Part shown: piece after piece, positions 1 to 6,267 of the stretch
Layout of the letters: each line of letters opens with the position of its first letter
How positions within the stretch are numbered: position 1 is the stretch's first letter
Source of the DNA: a virus
Taxonomy: Duplodnaviria > Caudoviricetes
Direction: 5' to 3' (one strand)
DNA length: 30,218 bases
Virus record (IMG/VR): IMGVR_UViG_3300037631_000333
Span: 1-30,218 of that record
Translations under genes and position numbers: made by a program
The notes under the pieces: generated by a model
Told to the model about the DNA's origin: nothing
Seen by the model: only the letters and a program-made list of their open reading frames with translations
Databases searched by the model: none

Positions 1-371
1 ACGTCTCTCTTGAATAGAGGATTAGCAGACATACTCGTTGGTATCTCTTCGCCACTAAGCTTCTTGTAGATACTGCTAATCATACGCCTTGCTTTGTATG
101 AAACCTCGTACAAAGCCTTCCTTTTACCGTGGTGTTTCCTGAACACTACTATCCACTCGTCACGCCTTAGCCTGTCGAACCTGTTAACGTTCCACGACAG
201 CAGCTCGTCGAACTCACGAAACTTATCCTTACTGAAATACTTCTCCGAGTAAAGGAACAGGAGCATCTCAAGGTCTGCCGTAGACAGACCATACTTAGCC
301 TTAACGAAGTATCTTATAACTCTCCAATACTTTAGGTAGTCGTTTGGAGGCGACTTTCTTTGATTTGACAT
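1..371 (-). CDS. Putative winged-helix (MarR-like) DNA-binding protein, truncated by the window edge
   Basis: Not in the ORF track. ATG is the complement of CAT 369-371 and the frame stays open to base 1: MSNQRKSPPNDYLKYWRVIRYFVKAKYGLSTADLEMLLFLYSEKYFSKDKFREFDELLSWNVNRFDRLRRDEWIVVFRKHHGKRKALYEVSYKARRMISSIYKKL... The helix-helix-helix, beta-wing, helix pattern suggests wHTH (inference). Confidence 0.7.
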   Translation of the reverse strand, partial: MSNQRKSPPNDYLKYWRVIRYFVKAKYGLSTADLEMLLFLYSEKYFSKDKFREFDELLSWNVNRFDRLRRDEWIVVFRKHHGKRKALYEVSYKARRMISSIYKKLSGEEIPTSMSANPLFKRD

Positions 372-376
372 AAATT

Positions 377-409
377 TTATTTAGTATCTTTGTGCAAAGA
401 TATAAATAA
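377..409. promoter_or_regulatory. Inverted repeat made of two opposed Bacteroidota -7 promoter elements
   Basis: TATCTTTG (385-392, +) and CAAAGATA (395-402, the same motif on -). The arms extend as TTATTTA (377-383) and TAAATAA (403-409) with one bulged base. It lies between divergent start codons at 371 and 409. Confidence 0.75.
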
Positions 410-645
410 TGGCTAAAGAAGAAAAGAAGAAGGAAGAAAAGAAGAAGATGAAGATAGACCCTTTGTCTGACGCTGTAGACCTGAACGATATAAACTTCAA
501 GAACAAGGACGTTGAGAGGTGGACTAAACGAAACAAAAGTAATAACAAGCCTACTCAGACACCTACGTTTAAAAATATGGGAACATTGGGTGGACCTTCC
601 GGTTCTAGTTTTAGAAAACCAAAAAAAAAGAAAAATAAGTTATGA
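409..645 (+). CDS. Small Lys-rich hypothetical protein (78 aa)
   Basis: ORF track. Follows the promoter motif and its stop overlaps the next ATG (ATGA 642-645). Confidence 0.7.
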   Translation: MAKEEKKKEEKKKMKIDPLSDAVDLNDINFKNKDVERWTKRNKSNNKPTQTPTFKNMGTLGGPSGSSFRKPKKKKNKL

Positions 646-668
646 GAGATTTAGGCACACCATTAGCT
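633..668 (+). repeat. 36-bp direct repeat, copy 1 (start region plus MRDLGTPLA codons)
   Basis: AAATAAGTTATGAGAGATTTAGGCACACCATTAGCT, 35/36 identical to 1720-1755. Confidence 0.95.
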
Positions 669-842
669 GAGTCATTTTTCCACAGCAAATCTGTTAAGAA
701 GTCAGCAAGGAAGTCAGCAAGGAAGCACAGGAAGGTTCTAAGGAAGGAACGTAAGGCGTTCAATAAAGAATTAAAAGAATCTGAGGATGACTCATTGTCT
801 AAGTCAACAATATATAGTGATACATATAAAGAAAAAAAATAA
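642..842 (+). CDS. Small basic protein with MRDLGTPLA leader (66 aa)
   Basis: ORF track. Contains a KSARKSARKHRK basic tract and shares its N-terminus with 1729..1926. Confidence 0.8.
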   Translation: MRDLGTPLAESFFHSKSVKKSARKSARKHRKVLRKERKAFNKELKESEDDSLSKSTIYSDTYKEKK

Positions 843-848
843 AAAATT

Positions 849-983
849 ATGGAAAAGACAATCAAACCATACTTCACGGCAGCGAATGCAAAGATGAAGG
901 GTAAGCCCGAAAAATATGGGCTTCCATCTAACGAATCAATTAATAATAGTGCATACGCTAAGTGCGGCAAGAACAAAAAGTAA
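849..983 (+). CDS. Small basic hypothetical protein (44 aa)
   Basis: Translated by hand: MEKTIKPYFTAANAKMKGKPEKYGLPSNESINNSAYAKCGKNKK. Fills the gap and is TAATG-coupled to the next gene. Confidence 0.7.
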   Translation: MEKTIKPYFTAANAKMKGKPEKYGLPSNESINNSAYAKCGKNKK

Positions 984-1141
984 TGGCAAGGAAGGGTAGA
1001 ACAAAGGGCAACAAGATATGTCCTGCGGGGATTGCTTGGGCAAAGAGAACGTTTGACAAGTACCCATCAGCCTATGCTAATATGGCAGCAAGCAAGTACT
1101 GTAAAGACCCCAACTATGCTAAGGGTAAAAAGAAAAAGTAA
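983..1141 (+). CDS. Small basic protein with YPSAYAN motif (52 aa; recalls the N-terminal part of DUF5872-like viral proteins)
   Basis: Translated by hand: MARKGRTKGNKICPAGIAWAKRTFDKYPSAYANMAASKYCKDPNYAKGKKKK. TAATG overlaps at both ends. Family resemblance is from memory. Confidence 0.8.
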   Translation: MARKGRTKGNKICPAGIAWAKRTFDKYPSAYANMAASKYCKDPNYAKGKKKK

Positions 1142-1392
1142 TGGGAGCTTTAAAGAAGTGGAGAGACGAGAAGTGGGTACGTATAGGTACTGACGGTTCT
1201 ATCAAGGGGGAGTGCGGTACAAGCAAGAACAAGAAGAACCCTGACAGGTGTCTGCCTCTAAAGAAGGCTAAGAGTATGACTAAAGCAGAACGTGCTAAGA
1301 CGGCTCGTAAAAAGAAAGCGTCAGGTGGAAGAAAACAATTTATACCCAACACCAAGAAGGGAAGGGTAACTAAAAAATATACTAAAAGATAA
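1141..1392 (+). CDS. Small basic protein (83 aa; recalls the C-terminal part of DUF5872-like viral proteins)
   Basis: ORF track. Motifs LKKWRDEKWV, CG, RCLP and KQFIPN. Family resemblance is from memory. Confidence 0.8.
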   Translation: MGALKKWRDEKWVRIGTDGSIKGECGTSKNKKNPDRCLPLKKAKSMTKAERAKTARKKKASGGRKQFIPNTKKGRVTKKYTKR

Positions 1393-1409
1393 AAAAGAAA
1401 AAGTATTAG

Positions 1410-1700
1410 ATGGCTGAGAAGAGTAAGATGAAGTGCAATCGGGTTACTAAATCCGACAGGGCAGGCAAGAAGAGAATGGTCAAGGCGTGCGAGGGAGGCA
1501 AGGAGAAGTTAATACACTTCGGTGCTAAGGGCTATGGTCACAACTACTCTGCTGCTGCACGTAAGTCTTTCAAGGCACGACACAAGTGTGGTACTGCTAA
1601 GTCAAAGCTAACGGCAAGGTATTGGTCGTGTAAGAATCTATGGGCAGGCAAGGGAGGCTCAACCAAGTCAAGTCCGAAAAATAGGAAAGGAAAATATTAG
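1410..1700 (+). CDS. Small basic viral protein (96 aa; DUF5754-like)
   Basis: Pattern KLIHFGAKGY...RKSFKARH...TARYWSCKNLW, recalled from small proteins of phages and large DNA viruses. Confidence 0.8.
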   Translation: MAEKSKMKCNRVTKSDRAGKKRMVKACEGGKEKLIHFGAKGYGHNYSAAARKSFKARHKCGTAKSKLTARYWSCKNLWAGKGGSTKSSPKNRKGKY

Positions 1701-1708
1701 TATATTTG
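1701..1708 (+). promoter_or_regulatory. Bacteroidota -7 promoter element
   Basis: TATATTTG, intergenic, 20 nt upstream of ATG 1729. Confidence 0.6.
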
Positions 1709-1719
1709 CAAAGTAAAAT

Positions 1720-1755
1720 AAATAAGTTATGAGAGATTTAGGTACACCATTAGCT
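1720..1755 (+). repeat. 36-bp direct repeat, copy 2
   Basis: AAATAAGTTATGAGAGATTTAGGTACACCATTAGCT. The single difference from copy 1 is synonymous (GGC/GGT). Confidence 0.95.
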
Positions 1756-1926
1756 CCCACCTTTGGAGGCGGAGGTAACAGGCTTCTAAAAAAGGCAGGT
1801 AGAAAATACTATAAGTCTATGGTTGCAGTTGATGAGGGTAGATTTAAGAAGGAGCAGAAGCTACGTAAGAAAGCTTTCAAGCTTGAAGCAAGGGGTGCTA
1901 AAAAACAATCAAAAGCAAATAAGTAA
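1729..1926 (+). CDS. Small basic protein with MRDLGTPLA leader (65 aa)
   Basis: ORF track. Leader followed by a GGGG linker and a Lys-rich helix. Confidence 0.8.
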   Translation: MRDLGTPLAPTFGGGGNRLLKKAGRKYYKSMVAVDEGRFKKEQKLRKKAFKLEARGAKKQSKANK

Positions 1927-2078
1927 TGGGAAAACTATTAGTAAGGTTAGGTCTGTGGATGCAGAGCCTAAAGGTAAAGATGAAATGTAAGTGGAACACT
2001 ATGATGTCTAAGCTTATGTTCAAGATGCACGGAGAGTGCCCTGATAAATTTTTATGTATCTGTAAGAAGAGCAAATGA
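1926..2078 (+). CDS. Small Cys/Met/Lys-rich hypothetical protein (50 aa)
   Basis: Translated by hand: MGKLLVRLGLWMQSLKVKMKCKWNTMMSKLMFKMHGECPDKFLCICKKSK. TAATG and ATGA overlaps with its neighbours. Confidence 0.7.
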   Translation: MGKLLVRLGLWMQSLKVKMKCKWNTMMSKLMFKMHGECPDKFLCICKKSK

Positions 2079-2239
2079 ATATAAAAGAAAAGTCAAGAGG
2101 ATTTGGTGACACGGTTGCCAAGGTAACAAAATTAACGGGTATCAAGTCTGTAGTAGACACGGTCAGTAAAAAGATGGGTAAGGACTGTGGATGTAATAAA
2201 AGGCGTGATACTTTAAACAGAATAATACCCTACAAATAG
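2075..2239 (+). CDS. Small phage protein with GFGDT...DCGC motif (54 aa)
   Basis: Translated by hand: MNIKEKSRGFGDTVAKVTKLTGIKSVVDTVSKKMGKDCGCNKRRDTLNRIIPYK. Motif recalled from aquatic phage hypothetical proteins. Confidence 0.8.
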   Translation: MNIKEKSRGFGDTVAKVTKLTGIKSVVDTVSKKMGKDCGCNKRRDTLNRIIPYK

Positions 2240-2244
2240 AAATT

Positions 2245-2724
2245 ATGAAACAAGGATATAACCAAAAATATGGAAGAAGTATTCCTGTAATTCCTTCAGA
2301 CAATATTAGCATACCTAACCCCGCTAATATTGTTGCATCGGGGCAAACAACAGCATTTGCTGCCGACCGTTTAGTTGACACTGACTCTGACTTTATTAGA
2401 CAGGGTGTTGAGGTTGGGGCAACAGTCTACAACCTAGATACATATAATAGTGCTACAGTTACAGAAATTATTGCAGAATCAAGATTAGCCCTAAGTGACG
2501 ACATATTTCCTGCTGCTTCAGCAAACTATAGAATAGGAAACGTAACATCCGGTTTGGGTTGTGCTATATGGACAGGGACGGGTGGAAGGATTTCAGGAAC
2601 AACAATTGAGGGAGATACAATTTTCTTAAGTAATGTACCTGCGGGGGTTATATTACCAATAATATTTAAGTCAATAGATTCTACAGGAACTACGGCAAAC
2701 AGTATTACTGCTCTTTTTGAATAA
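2245..2724 (+). CDS. Putative head spike base / capsid decoration protein (RcGTA Rcc01079-like) with an inserted beta domain
   Basis: The C-terminal AIWTGTGGRISGTTIEGDTIFLSNVPAGVILPIIFKSIDSTGTTANSITAL matches the recalled Rcc01079-family pattern. Confidence 0.65.
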   Translation: MKQGYNQKYGRSIPVIPSDNISIPNPANIVASGQTTAFAADRLVDTDSDFIRQGVEVGATVYNLDTYNSATVTEIIAESRLALSDDIFPAASANYRIGNVTSGLGCAIWTGTGGRISGTTIEGDTIFLSNVPAGVILPIIFKSIDSTGTTANSITALFE

Positions 2725-2728
2725 AAAA

Positions 2729-2878
2729 ATGGGACTACAGGATTTGAAAATATATGCTATAAACTCAGGAGTGCTTGCAGTATCCTTTACTGAGATTGAG
2801 ATGTTGTTAAAGGTAGTGTTGTTAACTGCAACTATAGTATACACAGTACAAAAGATTTACATAAACGAAAAAAAGTAG
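2729..2878 (+). CDS. Small membrane protein, possible holin or antiholin (49 aa)
   Basis: Translated by hand: MGLQDLKIYAINSGVLAVSFTEIEMLLKVVLLTATIVYTVQKIYINEKK. Hydrophobic with a basic C-terminus, directly upstream of the endolysin. Confidence 0.7.
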   Translation: MGLQDLKIYAINSGVLAVSFTEIEMLLKVVLLTATIVYTVQKIYINEKK

Positions 2879-2891
2879 TACATTAAGGTTT

Positions 2892-3311
2892 ATGAGAACT
2901 GATGATGTAGAAAATATAATAGTACACTGCTCCGCTACACGAGAGGGAGACGACTGTATAGACATGCACGTCATCGACAGGTGGCACAAGGCAAAAGGTT
3001 GGAGGGGATGTGGCTATCACTTTGTTATACTGATAGACGGAACGATTCAAGTAGGAAGAAACATAAACGACTCAGGGGCACACACCATTGGGAAAAACTC
3101 TAAGTCTTGGGGCGTATGCTACATAGGCGGGGTTGAACAGGATGGCAGGACACCGAAGGATACTCGCACAGAAAAGCAGAAGGAGTCTTTACTAAGCCTG
3201 TTAAGGTTTTTAAAGTTACTACAGCCTGACGCTATTATACACGGACACCGAGACTTTGCAGCCAAGGCGTGTCCTTGTTTTGATGCAACAGAAGAATACA
3301 GTAATATATGA
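2892..3311 (+). CDS. Endolysin, N-acetylmuramoyl-L-alanine amidase (T7 lysozyme-like, Amidase_2)
   Basis: Zn-ligand and catalytic motifs IIVHCSAT, GYHFVI, GAH, GHRD and KACPCFD. Confidence 0.95.
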   Translation: MRTDDVENIIVHCSATREGDDCIDMHVIDRWHKAKGWRGCGYHFVILIDGTIQVGRNINDSGAHTIGKNSKSWGVCYIGGVEQDGRTPKDTRTEKQKESLLSLLRFLKLLQPDAIIHGHRDFAAKACPCFDATEEYSNI

Positions 3312-3724
3312 TGGGAAAGGTAATGGAATGGTTTAGTGGTAGCCTTGTCAAGGATGTCCTTGGGGGGCTTGATGGTCTGATCACGTCTAAGGAAGAAAGG
3401 ATGCAGGCTGAGATAGCATTGAAGCAGATATTTGCAACCAAGGAGCTTGAGCTTCAGAAGATGCAGGCTGATATAATAATAGCAGAGGCGAGTGGAAATT
3501 GGCTACAGAGAAGTTGGAGACCCATACTGATGTTATCGTTTGGGTTTATTGTTATATACGTGAAGTTCCTTGGACCGTTGTTTGGTCTCACCATACCACC
3601 GTTAGAGGATGAGTTTTGGAACTTGTTACAGCTTGGCATAGGCGGCTATGTAATAGGTCGAACGGGTGAGAAGATGATGGACAGTTTCACTTCAGATAGG
3701 CGTAGAAGAAAAAATAGAAATTAA
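3308..3724 (+). CDS. Holin of the 3TM (GTA-type) family
   Basis: AEA..NWLQRSWRP motif followed by hydrophobic segments and GGYVIGRT.EK. Overlaps the endolysin stop. Confidence 0.8.
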   Translation: MMGKVMEWFSGSLVKDVLGGLDGLITSKEERMQAEIALKQIFATKELELQKMQADIIIAEASGNWLQRSWRPILMLSFGFIVIYVKFLGPLFGLTIPPLEDEFWNLLQLGIGGYVIGRTGEKMMDSFTSDRRRRKNRN

Positions 3725-3729
3725 TTACT

Positions 3730-3737
3730 TATCTTTG
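3730..3737 (+). promoter_or_regulatory. Bacteroidota -7 promoter element
   Basis: TATCTTTG, intergenic, upstream of ATG 3755. Confidence 0.65.
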
Positions 3738-3754
3738 CCAATAAATTAAATCAA

Positions 3755-3985
3755 ATGGCAAAGTTAAATAAGGAAGAGTTAGAGAAGATTCATAAGTTGA
3801 TGAGTGACTTTAATCAGTTAAAGATTCAGCTAGGTGACACGACTATAACTCAGCATAACCTTCTAGCGAAGGTAGATGAATTAAAGATTCAGTATGCTGA
3901 AGAAGAAAATTTATTGATTGAAAAATACGGAAAAGACGCTGTCATTAATATTCAGACGGGTGACGTTCAACAAAAAGAAAAGTAA
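3755..3985 (+). CDS. Small coiled-coil hypothetical protein (76 aa)
   Basis: ORF track. Long amphipathic helix ending in KYG..INIQTG. TAATG-coupled to the next gene. Confidence 0.8.
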   Translation: MAKLNKEELEKIHKLMSDFNQLKIQLGDTTITQHNLLAKVDELKIQYAEEENLLIEKYGKDAVINIQTGDVQQKEK

Positions 3986-5082
3986 TGGGGAAGATAAGCA
4001 CGTATACGACTACAACACCTGTAGGTTCAGATTTATTAATAGGCACTGATAGTGAGTCTTTAAATGCTACTAAGAATTTTACTGTACAGTCTATAGCTGA
4101 CCTTGCTCAAGAGGCAAGACAAGTGAGCGAGCTTCAGTTAAACGGAACTACAATTGCTTCTACTTCTCAGGCTATATATGGGGTTAATGTAATTACAACT
4201 GCTACTACAGCAGACTTAGCTACAAGACTACCAACCCCTACTACGGGTAGGAATACTATATTTATTAACAACTCAAATATGCCAATATCTGTATTCCCTT
4301 CAGTAGTAGGGGGAGAAATAAATGGCGTGGTAAATGGTTCAGCAACAATTCCAAATGACGGTAGAGCTTATCAGTTCTTTTGCATAGAGAATCCATTACC
4401 CGGGGCTTGGGCTTGGTCACCTCCTGCAATACAGCAGTATGACAGTGGAGATATAACGGTAGACACTACATTGGGGTCTGTGTCTATATTTTCTGCACTT
4501 GACCCTACAAAAGCTGAAGAGATTGGTCAGTTTCTTTCAAGTGATTCTTGGGTACAGTATGGACCACAGATGCCAACTATATCACTACAACCTTTGCTAA
4601 CTAATAATGTTTGGGTATTAATACCAACAACCCCTTGGAATGCAATAACAAAAGTTAAGGTGTATACAAATGCATCATCTGCAATGGAATTTAGAATAGC
4701 TGCAGCTAACTCAGAGACGTTCTTTGATTTAAGTGGCAACTATGTAAGTACAGGTGCTACAACTGCGGCTCAGTACATAACAAGTGGCGGAGTAGTTGAT
4801 GGGTCTACAAGTTCAATTGTACCGGGAGCTACTTTACCTCCTGCAACATTAACAACTAATATAGGCGATGCAGGTTCTAGGTATGGTGAGCTTATATATC
4901 CTGCAGGTTCAGGTATAACTGCTTCGGGACAGGTAAGGTCTGAAGTTGGAGTTATTGATGAGGGAATTGTTGGTGGTCAGCAAAAGTATTATACTAATGC
5001 AATTAGTTTTCAACTTAAAACAAATGCACCTGTCGGTAACTATACAGGACTTAAGTTTAGATTTTTCATAGAGTACTCTTAA
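3985..5082 (+). CDS. Putative virion fibre/appendage protein (365 aa)
   Basis: Thr/Gly/Ser-rich and beta-like. The N-terminus KISTY...DLLIGTD...TKNFTV resembles fibre attachment segments. Function is inferred. Confidence 0.6.
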   Translation: MGKISTYTTTTPVGSDLLIGTDSESLNATKNFTVQSIADLAQEARQVSELQLNGTTIASTSQAIYGVNVITTATTADLATRLPTPTTGRNTIFINNSNMPISVFPSVVGGEINGVVNGSATIPNDGRAYQFFCIENPLPGAWAWSPPAIQQYDSGDITVDTTLGSVSIFSALDPTKAEEIGQFLSSDSWVQYGPQMPTISLQPLLTNNVWVLIPTTPWNAITKVKVYTNASSAMEFRIAAANSETFFDLSGNYVSTGATTAAQYITSGGVVDGSTSSIVPGATLPPATLTTNIGDAGSRYGELIYPAGSGITASGQVRSEVGVIDEGIVGGQQKYYTNAISFQLKTNAPVGNYTGLKFRFFIEYS

Positions 5083-5095
5083 TTAAATAAACATT

Positions 5096-5323
5096 ATGGA
5101 TATTCGTAAGATAAGTGTTGGACCTGACTACAAGTCGGGGGCTATGCACTACATAGTAGGGCAGGAGATACTAAACGGTACGCATAGTATACACCTGATT
5201 ATGTATGACTTTAGCACTAAGTCTATAAAGATATGGATAGAGAGTAAAAAAGAAGAGGTCTTACTTTGGAAAGAGTTTACGGGCACAATGCCTATATCAA
5301 TTGAATATAATATAAATTTTTAA
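5096..5323 (+). CDS. Hypothetical phage protein (75 aa)
   Basis: ORF track. Tight operon spacing and a globular beta-rich sequence. Confidence 0.8.
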   Translation: MDIRKISVGPDYKSGAMHYIVGQEILNGTHSIHLIMYDFSTKSIKIWIESKKEEVLLWKEFTGTMPISIEYNINF

Positions 5324-5329
5324 TGAAAC

Positions 5330-5893
5330 ATGCGTTCACCATTTTTTTTTATTGTAAAACCTGAGAACAACAGGCGATACGATAACACCAAGAATATATC
5401 AGGAGTTGAGGTAATAACAAGCACATCTGAGGAGGACGTAAGGTTTTCTAATAGAAGGGGCATTGTTCAGGAGTTACCGCTAGGGTACGACGGACCTATA
5501 AAGGTTGGAGACACGCTACTCGTACACCACAACGTTTTTAAGTTTTACAATGACATGAAGGGTCAAAGGAGGAGCGGTAGAAGTTTCTTTAAGGAGGACT
5601 TGTTCTTTATAGAGCCTGACCAATTCTTTATGTACCACGACGGTAAAGATTGGAATGCCTATGACAGGTATTGTTTTGTAGAGCCAATTGACGTAGAAAA
5701 TTCTTATATTTACAAGAACATAAAGGAAGAACCACTAATGGGTCTCATGCTTTACCCCAATGATTACTTAAAATCAAAGGGAGTAAAATCAGGAGACAAG
5801 GTTACGTTCAAGCCTGAAAGTGAGTATGAGTTTTATGTTGACGATAAAAAAATGTATAGGATGTATGACCATCAAATCACAATGGTGTTATGA
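5330..5893 (+). CDS. GroES-like co-chaperonin, apparently two tandem domains
   Basis: FIVKP...GIV..LP...IKVGDTLLV is echoed by CFVEP...GLM.YP...VKSGDKVTF...EFYVDDKKMYRM, a Cpn10-like strand pattern. Confidence 0.6.
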   Translation: MRSPFFFIVKPENNRRYDNTKNISGVEVITSTSEEDVRFSNRRGIVQELPLGYDGPIKVGDTLLVHHNVFKFYNDMKGQRRSGRSFFKEDLFFIEPDQFFMYHDGKDWNAYDRYCFVEPIDVENSYIYKNIKEEPLMGLMLYPNDYLKSKGVKSGDKVTFKPESEYEFYVDDKKMYRMYDHQITMVL

Positions 5894-5985
5894 GAAAATT
5901 TTTTAAATCATTAGCTGTCTTGCTTATAGCAAAGATTATTATAGACGTAATAATACTGTTGGTTATTATTAATAATATATTATAG
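5890..5985 (+). CDS. 31-aa single-pass membrane peptide
   Basis: Translated by hand: MRKFFKSLAVLLIAKIIIDVIILLVIINNIL. ATGA overlap upstream and its TAG abuts ATG 5986. Confidence 0.55.
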   Translation: MRKFFKSLAVLLIAKIIIDVIILLVIINNIL

Positions 5986-6267
5986 ATGAACTCAAAGGAA
6001 GTTAAATTAAAAATTATTGAGGCAGGTCACAGGGCTGTAGAGCAGCTTATAAAGGTTGCAAAGGAGCAGATTATAAAGCACGACCCTGAGGATGACATAT
6101 CGGCAGACAGGTTAAAGAATGCTGCCGCTACAAAGAAGTTAGCGATATTTGATGCGTTTGAAATTCTTAACAGGATTGAGGCAGAGAAGGAGGCTATAGA
6201 GTCACTGAGTAGTGGACCAAGCAAGGTGGATACAAAACAAGGGTTTGCAGAAAGAAGGTCAAAATAA
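5986..6267 (+). CDS. Probable terminase small subunit
   Basis: Helical 93-aa protein immediately upstream of and overlapping TerL. Assigned by position. Confidence 0.6.
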   Translation: MNSKEVKLKIIEAGHRAVEQLIKVAKEQIIKHDPEDDISADRLKNAAATKKLAIFDAFEILNRIEAEKEAIESLSSGPSKVDTKQGFAERRSK

